Below are positions 24,807 to 34,032 of a DNA stretch of 64,000 nucleotides, one piece after another (within the stretch, counting starts at the first letter, position 1; each line of letters opens with the position of its first letter). The notes under the pieces were generated by a model, which was not told where the DNA came from, did not search any database, and saw only the letters and a list, made by a program, of their open reading frames with translations. A program made the translations under genes and the position numbers. The DNA comes from a virus (lineage: Duplodnaviria; Caudoviricetes): positions 96,001 to 160,000 of the IMG/VR virus record IMGVR_UViG_3300033061_001635; one strand, written 5' to 3'.

Positions 24807-26039
24807 TTAGTTTATTAATGTACCAGTGGCATAAGCTGTGCCATTATGGCTAAGATATTTGGCATAAGAGCCCACAGGAATAACATTGAACTTATTAAAG
24901 GTTTGATAGCTATATGTAACAGTAGCATTACCGCCACCAGTATCTCCTCCCGTATAATTAACTGATGTTAATCTATTCTTTTCTCCAAGATCTATATATA
25001 AAGCATCAGCATTTGTTGCTCCACAAACCTTGATAACAATTTCTTCGTTAGGAGTATTGCTATAGTTTGTTTCACATGTGGCAGCGCTCATTGGTTGATC
25101 TTCATTATCATAAACCATAAAATCATTAGCATCGATATAATCACCAGATACTGATACTAATTCAAATTCGCTAGTAACCTCAATAGGAAATGTGGTATAT
25201 TTGTAATATGGACCAAAAAATCCTAATTCATTAATATTTTCTCTATTAAGAGAAGCGCTAACTGTTATATTTTGCACCTTTGGCGTATCGTCTTTACCAT
25301 TAACTTGGCGCTTGTATGGAACTAATATTCCAGTTGGTAACATGGTAGCATTAGGATAGGATGTGAGTTTATTAGTTGTTTCGTCTCTTGCTGTTGTTAA
25401 AGCAACATTAGCTCCAGTTATTGAAACATGCTGTCTTCTAACAACAAGACTTGCTAATTCTCCAAGATCATCAGCAGCTGCTCCGCCGGGAACGGTAACT
25501 GAACCACCCCATATCTTTCTACTACCAGCCAATGTTACTTGCTCAGTAGCATTTCCATCAACAGGGAAGGTAAAAGATACGCTATTCAAATACATTCCAG
25601 AGCATAAAGTGTGATGGTTCAAGGTTCCACTAGCTTTAGAATCAGTATCTTTAGAAACAGCGAATCTAACATTAACCATATTTGTTGCTACCTCAGTAAT
25701 ATCTTTATTTATAGATACTAGATCGGTTGCGTCGGTCCATGCTGTGCATAAAGAATACAGAGGGGCTGTTCCGTCTACTAATTTAGATAACGTTACCTCA
25801 ACTTCTGGAGACGTTTCTACTTGAGTATAGATAGATAATGTTCCAAGTTGAGAAACTGGCTCAGTATTAAATGTTGTGCTTATACCAGCACTTTGTAAAC
25901 CCAATGGCTGAATCCAGTCTGGATATGATATATAATGACTAGGATTCCTATAATTTATAGGTTGAAAATTTCCAGTAGATACTGGTTGAAGATTGATACT
26001 TTGTGTAGCATAAAAAATTCTTTTATTAAGATTACCCAT
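24807..26039 (-). CDS. Major tail tube protein paralog 2
   Basis: Same conserved motifs; overlaps paralog 1 by 8 nt. Confidence 0.7.
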   Translation of the reverse strand: MGNLNKRIFYATQSINLQPVSTGNFQPINYRNPSHYISYPDWIQPLGLQSAGISTTFNTEPVSQLGTLSIYTQVETSPEVEVTLSKLVDGTAPLYSLCTAWTDATDLVSINKDITEVATNMVNVRFAVSKDTDSKASGTLNHHTLCSGMYLNSVSFTFPVDGNATEQVTLAGSRKIWGGSVTVPGGAAADDLGELASLVVRRQHVSITGANVALTTARDETTNKLTSYPNATMLPTGILVPYKRQVNGKDDTPKVQNITVSASLNRENINELGFFGPYYKYTTFPIEVTSEFELVSVSGDYIDANDFMVYDNEDQPMSAATCETNYSNTPNEEIVIKVCGATNADALYIDLGEKNRLTSVNYTGGDTGGGNATVTYSYQTFNKFNVIPVGSYAKYLSHNGTAYATGTLIN

Positions 26040-27234
26040 TATAAATATCTCCAGTATTTAATTCTAGTGTGGAAGTTGATGATGTAGAGCTATTGATATT
26101 TTGAACATTAACTGTATTATTAGCATCAGTAATAGTCAATCCCACAGCATATGTGCCACTAGCATCTATTTTAAAATCATTGAAATTTCTAAAACTATAC
26201 GTTACTGTGGCATTTCCACCACCAGTATCTCCACCAGCATAATTAACTGCTGTTAATGTATTTTTTGAGCCAAGATCAAAAGTCATACTATTATTACCAT
26301 TTCTATGATCAAAATCACAAATGGCTAATCTAATAGTTTTGTATGCTAAATTAGTTTTAGATGTTCCGCAAAAACTATCACCACTAAAGTCTTTGAAATC
26401 TAAACCATCGCCGTCTTCTGCAATAATTTCAAATTCGCTAGTAACTTCAATTGGGAAAGTTGCATATCTGCAATATGGACTAAATTTACCCAGCTGATTG
26501 ATACTTTCTCTTCCAAGATTAGCGCTCATGGTAATATTTTGAAGGTGAGGCAGTTTTGAAGGGTTGTATGTTGGACCACCAATTCCTCCCGTTCCAACAG
26601 GAAGCGTGGATCCTTGGATATTAAAATATTGTCTACGTAAAATTCCACTACTACTTGATGGTCTTACTCCATTCATTACTTTTCCTTGAGTAAAGGTGTC
26701 ACCAACTGATGGGCCCGACGTATTCACGCCAGCATAGTTGTGGTTCCATCGTTTATTATTTCCGACAAGTGTAATTTCTTCGGTAGCATTTCCTTCTACT
26801 GGTAATGTATAATTAAAACTAGATAAATACATTCCTGTGCATACAACATATGAAGCTGCTGAATTCTCTGTGAATTGATTATTATCTTCATAAATTCCTA
26901 GACGAAAATGAACTCTATTATTTGATAATGACACTAAACTAGCATTTTTAGCACTTCCTATTCCACCTCCACCTCCCATTGCCATTAAATACAAAGGACT
27001 GGTACTATCTATTACTTTGTTAATAGTCACTTCAACTTCTGGCACAGTTTCAACGTTGTCATATATTTCTACAGTTCCTAATTGAAAAGTTTGTTCTCGG
27101 TTAAAATTTGTTGTCATGCCAACGCTTTGGACACCTAGAGGATTATACCAATAGGCTGATTTCTGAGATCCATCAGCATTACATGGTCTTAATTGAGCAA
27201 CCTGAGAAGCATAATAAATTCTGTTGTTCGGCAT
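26032..27234 (-). CDS. Major tail tube protein paralog 1
   Basis: Same conserved motifs; preceded by a GGAG RBS and the GTGTAT motif. Confidence 0.7.
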   Translation of the reverse strand: MPNNRIYYASQVAQLRPCNADGSQKSAYWYNPLGVQSVGMTTNFNREQTFQLGTVEIYDNVETVPEVEVTINKVIDSTSPLYLMAMGGGGGIGSAKNASLVSLSNNRVHFRLGIYEDNNQFTENSAASYVVCTGMYLSSFNYTLPVEGNATEEITLVGNNKRWNHNYAGVNTSGPSVGDTFTQGKVMNGVRPSSSSGILRRQYFNIQGSTLPVGTGGIGGPTYNPSKLPHLQNITMSANLGRESINQLGKFSPYCRYATFPIEVTSEFEIIAEDGDGLDFKDFSGDSFCGTSKTNLAYKTIRLAICDFDHRNGNNSMTFDLGSKNTLTAVNYAGGDTGGGNATVTYSFRNFNDFKIDASGTYAVGLTITDANNTVNVQNINSSTSSTSTLELNTGDIYNG

Positions 27235-27271
27235 TGTAAACTCCCGTGAAATAGGATGTATATTTTATAGA

Positions 27272-27277
27272 ATACAC
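27272..27277 (-). promoter_or_regulatory. Putative late promoter motif GTGTAT upstream of tail tube operon
   Basis: GGTGTATTCTATAAAAT, 38 bp upstream of the ATG at 27234. The same motif recurs before six other starts. Confidence 0.6.
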
Positions 27278-27284
27278 CAAATAC

Positions 27285-28037
27285 TTAGTAATAAATTATA
27301 TTGTTTTGTTCGTTCTTTATCGAATCCAATAAGCTATGTGAAATTTCTTTGGCAACCGTATAATTATCAAAACTCATGCAAAATTTATGTAAAGTATCTT
27401 GGTTTTCAATCATGGCTATCATGGGTTTTTGATATAATATTACATTATTATTAATATTCATTATATCTGTATTTAATTGATCAATTCTACTACCATCATA
27501 CACCAAAAAATAATAACTGTTATTCATTTTAGCATTTGTGGATAAAATATGACTAATAGCATCGTCTATTATTATATCATATAAAAAATTATGAGCTTTC
27601 CACTTAGATTTTTGCATTAAGGAGTTGCAGATGTCATTATGTTTTTCTGGTAAAAATGGCCTAAATGACCTTGATCTGAACATAAAAGATATTGCAACTG
27701 GCGGAATATCTAAGTTGGATAGTTTGGCAATAATATTATCAAAATCAATAGAAGAATCAGAGCAGTCGATTAGCACATATAATCTGACCGAAGAATTAGC
27801 ACTTATCATTTCCTCCAAAGCGCCATCTGTAAAATTTTCTTCATATTGATTATATATATTTTGAGAAAAACCATATCTACAAGCATAATTTTGAATATGA
27901 TTATATCCCTTATCATCAACAGATATTTCTTTAATATCCATAATTTTAGAAATAATATCTTTGGAACATCCTTTTAATATATTTGAATTATCGAGAGGAG
28001 TAGCAAACATGCATTCACAACATTTTGTATTTACCAT
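27285..28037 (-). CDS. Hypothetical protein with Cys-rich N-terminus
   Basis: 250-aa ORF with an AAGGA RBS; CCEC..C..C pattern. Confidence 0.7.
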   Translation of the reverse strand: MVNTKCCECMFATPLDNSNILKGCSKDIISKIMDIKEISVDDKGYNHIQNYACRYGFSQNIYNQYEENFTDGALEEMISANSSVRLYVLIDCSDSSIDFDNIIAKLSNLDIPPVAISFMFRSRSFRPFLPEKHNDICNSLMQKSKWKAHNFLYDIIIDDAISHILSTNAKMNNSYYFLVYDGSRIDQLNTDIMNINNNVILYQKPMIAMIENQDTLHKFCMSFDNYTVAKEISHSLLDSIKNEQNNIIYY

Positions 28038-28048
28038 AAATATTCCTT

Positions 28049-28711
28049 TTATAAATATTGTTCGATATTAGTTTGTATAATTTTATATATATTATCTTCT
28101 ACGCTATTAATAGCTCTGGTAGTCCAATTATTGTCTTCTGTTCCCGCAAATTCTGATGGAACTTTCCACGATCCGCTTGAGGGTTTCATAATAGCCATTC
28201 CAGATCTAGAATATGAAAAATTACCATAAACAACCTCATAATCTCGTACTATTATTTCATTTCCTCCGTATAATAACCATTCTAACCAAGGAAGTATATA
28301 TCCTTTATTGTCATCTGAAACAGTAGCTATACTTGAAGATATAACTCCGTTCATATCGTCGGATTTCATCATAGTTATAGTAAATCCGCCTATTATACTA
28401 TTTGACGATATTTTTGTGTTTGAATTTTTAACATCTAAAGTTTCTATTAATGCATCTATTACTAGAGGTATTGATCCTGGATTTGATATCCCAAACTCTG
28501 CTTTTAATGTTCCTGCCATTAAAGAAGAATATTCTGGTTGAGACCGCAATGCTTCTGCTATTAAGAACTTAATTTCATTAGAAATAATTTTAATTGATTT
28601 ACTTAGGGCATTATCAATAACCTTTTTAATTTCAATCAGTATCAAGTCCTTAATTTTACTATCTGTTTCTAGTAAAGTTAAAGATATTTTCATTTTCTTT
28701 TCCACATACAA
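28049..28711 (-). CDS. Putative neck/tail completion protein
   Basis: Lies between the head-closure-like gene and the tube genes; motifs PWLEWLL and SRSGMAIM. Confidence 0.5.
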   Translation of the reverse strand: MYVEKKMKISLTLLETDSKIKDLILIEIKKVIDNALSKSIKIISNEIKFLIAEALRSQPEYSSLMAGTLKAEFGISNPGSIPLVIDALIETLDVKNSNTKISSNSIIGGFTITMMKSDDMNGVISSSIATVSDDNKGYILPWLEWLLYGGNEIIVRDYEVVYGNFSYSRSGMAIMKPSSGSWKVPSEFAGTEDNNWTTRAINSVEDNIYKIIQTNIEQYL

Positions 28712-29211
28712 ATGATATAGGCATTGTCTCCTAGTCCAGCGAGTTCAGGATCTCCGTATCTTTCATATATAAAATTACCATATTTATTAATAGTATTATC
28801 CACCACTAATTCTGTAGCATTTCTTATTTTGGATAATAATTCAATTTTACATATTGTCTGAACCATTCCATTGGGAATATTCAATGTTTTTGATGACCAA
28901 TTTAACCAATGCTTGCTATCAAAAATACAAGCCAAATAGACGATTTCTGTACCAATATTAGATTGTATCATTCCCATACCCATACAAACAGGACAAATAG
29001 TTCCTTCGGTAAATACAACTGGTCCTGTTTCATTATATTTATTAGTAGATAATTGTGATATACTATCAAAAATACAATTATTACAATATATAGGACTATT
29101 AGTTCCTGTGTATCTCAAAGTACATGGTACAGTTAGACCACTGCTGTCTAATAGCATATTAATACTATCTTTATAAAGATTTTTAAATTCGGCACCAAAT
29201 AAATTATGCAT
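28690..29211 (-). CDS. Putative head closure (stopper) protein with Zn-finger
   Basis: Neck-region position, CNNC...CPVCMG zinc ribbon, beta-rich C-terminus. Confidence 0.5.
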   Translation of the reverse strand: MHNLFGAEFKNLYKDSINMLLDSSGLTVPCTLRYTGTNSPIYCNNCIFDSISQLSTNKYNETGPVVFTEGTICPVCMGMGMIQSNIGTEIVYLACIFDSKHWLNWSSKTLNIPNGMVQTICKIELLSKIRNATELVVDNTINKYGNFIYERYGDPELAGLGDNAYIICMWKRK

Positions 29212-29212
29212 T

Positions 29213-29407
29213 TTATATATAAACTATATCTGAGGATGTTGTGTCTTTAATATCAATTAATGATTCAATAACCGACCCATATAATGTTGTGCTGGTATTT
29301 GATATGTAAATAGTTTTACTAATTAAGTCTATAAAATTTACAGATAAATCTTTTTGATAAATTTCTAATGCTACTTTTGCAATATTGGTTTGTAATGTTA
29401 TATTCAT
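29213..29407 (-). CDS. Hypothetical protein
   Basis: 64-aa ORF tightly packed between co-oriented genes. Confidence 0.55.
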   Translation of the reverse strand: MNITLQTNIAKVALEIYQKDLSVNFIDLISKTIYISNTSTTLYGSVIESLIDIKDTTSSDIVYI

Positions 29408-29640
29408 TATGATAATAACTTTTTAGGCTCTCCTGCTAATCCCGGACCGGCTGGAGCATACGGAGCATTCTCGTTAATTATTGCTTGTATACACAACTGA
29501 GCCCATGATTCTGCTTCGGCTGCTGATGACCATGCTGTTCCATTTGGCCAATCCGGCTGATATATAATTGGTTCTGGTCTATCATCAGAATATATCTTAA
29601 CACAAAAATTATTAGCATCTATTGAATAAGTTAAATTCAT
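29407..29640 (-). CDS. Hypothetical protein
   Basis: 77-aa ORF with a strong AAGGAG RBS; QPDWPNGTAW..AEAESWA motif. Confidence 0.7.
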   Translation of the reverse strand: MNLTYSIDANNFCVKIYSDDRPEPIIYQPDWPNGTAWSSAAEAESWAQLCIQAIINENAPYAPAGPGLAGEPKKLLS

Positions 29641-29654
29641 TTATTTCTCCTTAA

Positions 29655-31916
29655 TTATGTAAGATTAATCCAATTATAGTCAGCTATTGATCTTTGAGTC
29701 CAGTTAATTCCATTTGTTGATGTTAATACTGTGGTAGTGCTTCCTATAATAATAAAAGTATTATTTTTGTAAATGATTTTATTCCATGGTCCATTTAATA
29801 CTATATTACTAGTCCAATTTATTAGATCATTAGATACTATAATATTAGCTAAATTATATCCTATAGCAACATAAGTATTATTCCCATATGCTATAGATTT
29901 CCATCCTGCAGATTCGGGCAGGTTGGCCGTTGTCCATGATGTGCCGTTTGCGCTGTATGCTATTTTATTGGTTTGTGCAGCAACTATAGCAAATTTATTT
30001 CCATAAATAATATCATTCCAATTATTGGTACTGGGCAAAGATCTTTGTGTCCATGTTATACCATCAGCAGATGTTGCAATGGTTGCTGAATTATAATTCA
30101 TTGCTACAAAAATACCATTACCATAAGCACAACCATTCCAGCTAGATGAAGACGGAGCATTTGGCCCACCAATAAAAATTTGGAACGGTAATGTAAATTT
30201 TGTCCAATTTAACCCGTCTGTTGATATTATTCCATTTGCAGAAGCATTTGCCAATATGATAAATTTATTATTAGCATAAGCTATACATGTCCATTGATTA
30301 TTAACATTTGTCACATTGAAATTTCTGCTAGTCCATGTTATACCATTTGTTGAAAATTCGTAATCTGAACTACCATATGCACAAGCAATAAATTTAGAAT
30401 CTCCATAAGCCACGTCTTTCCATGATCTGGTTGCTGTTAAATTATTAACAGACCATGATGATCCATTATTATCACTTAATGCTATTACATTAGAGTTATC
30501 TGCAATTGCTATAAAATTATTTACAATATTAGTTAGTGTTGTACTAGAAGTAATGGTTGGCGTAGGAGTGGCGCTCAATGTTGGGGTAGACGTTAGCGTA
30601 GGAGTGGCGCTCAATGTTGGGGTAGACGTTAGCGTAGGAGTGGCGCTCAATGCTGGGGTAGATGTTAGCGTAGGAGTGGTGCTCAATGCTGGGGTAGATG
30701 TTAGCGTAGGCGTGGCGCTCAATGCTGGGGTAGATGTTAGCGTAGGAGTGGCGCTCAATGTTGGGGTAGATGTTAGCGTAGGAGTAGATGTTAGTACTGG
30801 AGCATCTCCACTTGTGGATGTTGGAGTTGGCGTTTTTGTAGGAGTAGGCGTTAAACTCTTAGTTGGAGTTGGAGTATTTCCGGTTGTGGATGTTGGTGTT
30901 GGAGTAGATGTTGGCGTAGCAGCACCGCCAGATGTTGGAGTTGGAGAGTTTGTCACCGACGGTGTTGATTGTGTGTTGTGATAAGGCAATATTTCTATAG
31001 ACCATCTTACTATTCCATTATATAAGGTACTGCTAAGCGTATTTAATTCACCCAATGATGTATCAATAATAGTAAAATAATTATGTTGAAATTCTTCTAC
31101 TAATTGTGGATAGTTTTTCCCATTAGGATTAATTGCTCCATATTTGTCTAATCCAAACGATAATGTTTTAGCCACAGCATCAGAATCATAAAGATGAAGA
31201 ACTTTATCTTTTTGTGCTATCAATATATCTATAATGGTATTTCTTTGAGTAGCAGACTGTGCAAAAATATGAAGAAATATTTCTTGAGTCCAAATATTTT
31301 CTGTCGTACCTAATTCATACGGTTTGAGTTTGGTGCTAGGAGCTAACTCTAGAATGATTGCTGGTAATTGAACTCTATGAATAGAGGTTATGGCATAGTC
31401 GCCGTTTGCTTTATAATTTGAAGGAGTATATGTTTCTTTTTGTACTTCTTTCCACCAAATAGAATCGCTAGCTTTATATGTTTGTATATATCTATAAGAA
31501 TAACTAGCAATAACAGAGCTAGATGATGATACTGCATTATTAAATTTTATTTGTCCAAGGGGATAGTTGACAGAATATCCGTATCCTCCGCTGCCTGTCG
31601 GTGCTGGTAAGAAAATATTATTTAGATATAATCCAGAAAATGATGATGGAACTGTATCATTATAGACTACTCCTGATTCATATACCCAATCTTTGCGAAT
31701 AGACTGCCATAGCCTGCTTCCTGCTACTGTTGGATCTGGTGCTAATTTAAGAACATGAAATCCGAACGCACCGGATATTGCAGGAGAAGGATTTGGCACA
31801 TTAACAAAGCCACCTATGTTTAAAAAAGACCAATCTAAAAATGATTTTAGATTATCTTCTAATAAAGAAATTTTATCTTTTTGAGTAATAGATCTGACAT
31901 TATGAAATTGGGTCAT
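29655..31916 (-). CDS. Tail terminator/neck-like N-domain + Pro/Thr linker + beta-propeller (BNR/Asp-box repeats)
   Basis: The N-terminal ~310 aa is globular (VQLPAIILE...IFLHIFA...RNTIIDIL), followed by a long TPT linker. The C-terminus has ~40-aa repeats W..IAYGN..F....S.DG..WT. Confidence 0.65.
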   Translation of the reverse strand: MTQFHNVRSITQKDKISLLEDNLKSFLDWSFLNIGGFVNVPNPSPAISGAFGFHVLKLAPDPTVAGSRLWQSIRKDWVYESGVVYNDTVPSSFSGLYLNNIFLPAPTGSGGYGYSVNYPLGQIKFNNAVSSSSSVIASYSYRYIQTYKASDSIWWKEVQKETYTPSNYKANGDYAITSIHRVQLPAIILELAPSTKLKPYELGTTENIWTQEIFLHIFAQSATQRNTIIDILIAQKDKVLHLYDSDAVAKTLSFGLDKYGAINPNGKNYPQLVEEFQHNYFTIIDTSLGELNTLSSTLYNGIVRWSIEILPYHNTQSTPSVTNSPTPTSGGAATPTSTPTPTSTTGNTPTPTKSLTPTPTKTPTPTSTSGDAPVLTSTPTLTSTPTLSATPTLTSTPALSATPTLTSTPALSTTPTLTSTPALSATPTLTSTPTLSATPTLTSTPTLSATPTPTITSSTTLTNIVNNFIAIADNSNVIALSDNNGSSWSVNNLTATRSWKDVAYGDSKFIACAYGSSDYEFSTNGITWTSRNFNVTNVNNQWTCIAYANNKFIILANASANGIISTDGLNWTKFTLPFQIFIGGPNAPSSSSWNGCAYGNGIFVAMNYNSATIATSADGITWTQRSLPSTNNWNDIIYGNKFAIVAAQTNKIAYSANGTSWTTANLPESAGWKSIAYGNNTYVAIGYNLANIIVSNDLINWTSNIVLNGPWNKIIYKNNTFIIIGSTTTVLTSTNGINWTQRSIADYNWINLT
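30556..30771. repeat. Six tandem 36-bp repeats encoding TPTLTSTP(A/T)LS(A/T)
   Basis: Unit gttagcgtaggagtggcgctcaatg(c/t)tggggtaga(t/c) starts at 30556, 30592, 30628, 30664, 30700 and 30736, with no spacers. Confidence 0.95.
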
Positions 31917-31953
31917 TTAATATACTGACCGCCCTTCTGATTTATTATTTAGG

Positions 31954-32913
31954 TTAGGGCTGATACGTTACTATTAGTTTCCATCCATCGATGTAACCTG
32001 ATCCTACAGGAGTTGGATCCGGATCAGTATCTTTGATCAATAATGACCATACTCCAGTTATACTGTGTCCAATAAGATTTCCAAAATTTGATGATAAAGT
32101 TTCATTAGAATATTTAACAATATCGGTTTTATTATATATATTACAATAAGATCCATTATTAATATTATATACATAAGATGTTGGAAGTGCCTTATTAGAA
32201 AACATAAAGTTGAAATTAGTTTTTGGCATTTTATGATTTGCAGATAATAAAATTTTATTGCCAGATGGTGGGGCTAAAAATATTTGCAAGTCTTGTGGAG
32301 ATGTATGATTTAAATTATTTATAACAACTTCTATATTTTCTATGTTATTCACATTTGTGGTCGTGATGCTACTATTTGATATTGATAAATCATTTATTAT
32401 TAACCCTGATCCTTGATATACTGTTGAGTAAATGTCTAAATTTAAACAGTCTGTATCTAAACACAGATTTTGAAAGTCTTGTGAAGACTCAGATGGAACT
32501 GGAGTTGTTGATGGGGTATCGTTAGCATTTGTTGAAGGGATACTAAGAATACAATTAGGAAATGGGGTTTGTCTTTTAATTATGTTAATAGTGCCATAAA
32601 CTAGTCTTGTTATTTTATTGCCAATAAGAACATCAAGATCATAAATAGCATTATCAAATTGAAAACTTTGTGTTAAAGCATTATTAATTTTTAATGTTAT
32701 TAATCCTTTATCATTAGAAAATAACGATGTGTTGCCAATTTTTTTAGTAGAAAATCCAAAAGAATCACCAGAGTTCGGAATAATTTGCATAACAACGCAA
32801 GATGTATTACTATCTCCGAGATTTACTGGCTGGCCATTAGAATCATTGTATTGGAAATTAACTTCAAAATCACTACCTTGCTCTATAGGAAAATTATAAT
32901 TTACTGCTGCCAT
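31954..32913 (-). CDS. Virion protein: N-terminal adaptor domain + proprotein-convertase P-domain-like C-terminus
   Basis: Likely start MAAVNYNFPIEQGSDF (32913), paralogous to 52122..52523 (IEQG..F, YDL, R..GT.NI.KR). The C-terminus NIEVVINNLNHT..QDLQIFLAPPSG...GVWSLLIKD....G.IDGWKL is the P-domain pattern. Confidence 0.7.
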   Translation of the reverse strand: MAAVNYNFPIEQGSDFEVNFQYNDSNGQPVNLGDSNTSCVVMQIIPNSGDSFGFSTKKIGNTSLFSNDKGLITLKINNALTQSFQFDNAIYDLDVLIGNKITRLVYGTINIIKRQTPFPNCILSIPSTNANDTPSTTPVPSESSQDFQNLCLDTDCLNLDIYSTVYQGSGLIINDLSISNSSITTTNVNNIENIEVVINNLNHTSPQDLQIFLAPPSGNKILLSANHKMPKTNFNFMFSNKALPTSYVYNINNGSYCNIYNKTDIVKYSNETLSSNFGNLIGHSITGVWSLLIKDTDPDPTPVGSGYIDGWKLIVTYQP

Positions 32914-32926
32914 AAAAAAATCCTTA

Positions 32927-33436
32927 TTAATATAAGTCTCGTCCTCTGTTATCAGAGAATAGTGATCGTGGATCAAATTTATTACCAACAAATGGACCAA
33001 GAATTGCTCTAATAGCAGTAGCTTGACTAATATCCCAATGAGAAGTTAATTCATCATATGATGCGCATGGTCCTTTTTCTAGTATCTTTATGAATCCTTC
33101 CAAACTTCCCTTTACTGTTAATGTTGCTGGTCCAAGTGCCGCTCTTATACCCTCTAAAGCAGCCTTTGTTCTTAGAGCACTTTGATCAATTATACAAGCA
33201 GCCTTAAGGGACACTAAGCTAATAAAAATTTCATCATTATGATCAGTTGGATCAGGACTAATTTTGCCTTCTATAACATCAACATTATAAGAATGATCAA
33301 GAACAACATCAAATTGAACATATTTAGCAGCAACAGTTATGATCTGTTTTATTCTTTCGTCGCTATATACTTGCTGATCATTGAGATCATTAATTAGCGT
33401 TCTTACTATTATTGGTATTTCAGCATCCCAAGACAT
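32927..33436 (-). CDS. Putative head-tail adaptor protein
   Basis: VRTLINDL....YSDERIKQII helical adaptor-like N-terminus; first gene of the neck operon. Confidence 0.55.
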   Translation of the reverse strand: MSWDAEIPIIVRTLINDLNDQQVYSDERIKQIITVAAKYVQFDVVLDHSYNVDVIEGKISPDPTDHNDEIFISLVSLKAACIIDQSALRTKAALEGIRAALGPATLTVKGSLEGFIKILEKGPCASYDELTSHWDISQATAIRAILGPFVGNKFDPRSLFSDNRGRDLY

Positions 33437-33493
33437 AATATGGCCTTTTTAAAAAAATGAAATATTAAGCACACTTATAGGCATTATCTATTT

Positions 33494-33499
33494 ATACAC
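33494..33499 (-). promoter_or_regulatory. Putative late promoter motif GTGTAT upstream of neck operon
   Basis: AAGTGTATAAATAG, 58 bp upstream of the ATG at 33436. Confidence 0.55.
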
Positions 33500-33502
33500 T
33501 TT

Positions 33503-33850
33503 TTAAACCGATCCTGATGGATTTGGGAGTGAATCTAGTATAGTTACTGTACCATCCTCATTCATGGTAAATTGACCAATTAAAGCCAATCCTTTACTAA
33601 TAGCTTCTGGTTTAATATTAGCAATTAATTGACCCAGAGCATAATGTAATTCAAATACCTCTTTAGCATCGTTTCCTAATGCCTCTGCTATTTCTGATGG
33701 AGTTGCTCGTGGATTATTCCAGAAAGTTTGTGATCCATTATTAAAAGCATTTACCATAGACTGAAAGGTAAATCTTGTGGTATTTTTAATATTATTAGAT
33801 ATCTGAATTGATTTGTCTATTGATGATTGATTATTGTCTAAAATACTCAT
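33503..33850 (-). CDS. Hypothetical protein
   Basis: 115-aa ORF with a GGAG RBS. Confidence 0.75.
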   Translation of the reverse strand: MSILDNNQSSIDKSIQISNNIKNTTRFTFQSMVNAFNNGSQTFWNNPRATPSEIAEALGNDAKEVFELHYALGQLIANIKPEAISKGLALIGQFTMNEDGTVTILDSLPNPSGSV

Positions 33851-34023
33851 ATTATTTCTCCATTATTTAGATTTGATAAATAACTTTCAACTAATTCATT
33901 AACTTCTTCTTGTGTTGGATAATGGTCAAATTTGAAAAACTGGGTTGAGTTTTCATCAATAATTACTCGTACCCTATATTTATCAGCGGCATCAAGAAAA
34001 ACTTCAGTAATAGTATAATTCAT
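33847..34023 (-). CDS. Small protein (58 aa, not in ORF track)
   Basis: MNYTITEVFLDAADKYRVRVIIDENSTQFFKFDHYPTQEEVNELVESYLSNLNNGEII*, with an AAGGTG RBS and an ATGA overlap with the next gene. Confidence 0.75.
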   Translation of the reverse strand: MNYTITEVFLDAADKYRVRVIIDENSTQFFKFDHYPTQEEVNELVESYLSNLNNGEII

Positions 34024-34032
34024 ATTTTCACC

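Noticed and set aside
30556-30771. 36-bp repeats resembling a CRISPR array in unit length
   Set aside because: The units are contiguous with no unique spacers, encode an in-frame Pro/Thr linker, and no cas genes are present.
30553-30981. Plus-strand 142-aa Val/Gly repeat ORF
   Set aside because: Antisense reading of the Pro/Thr tandem repeat.
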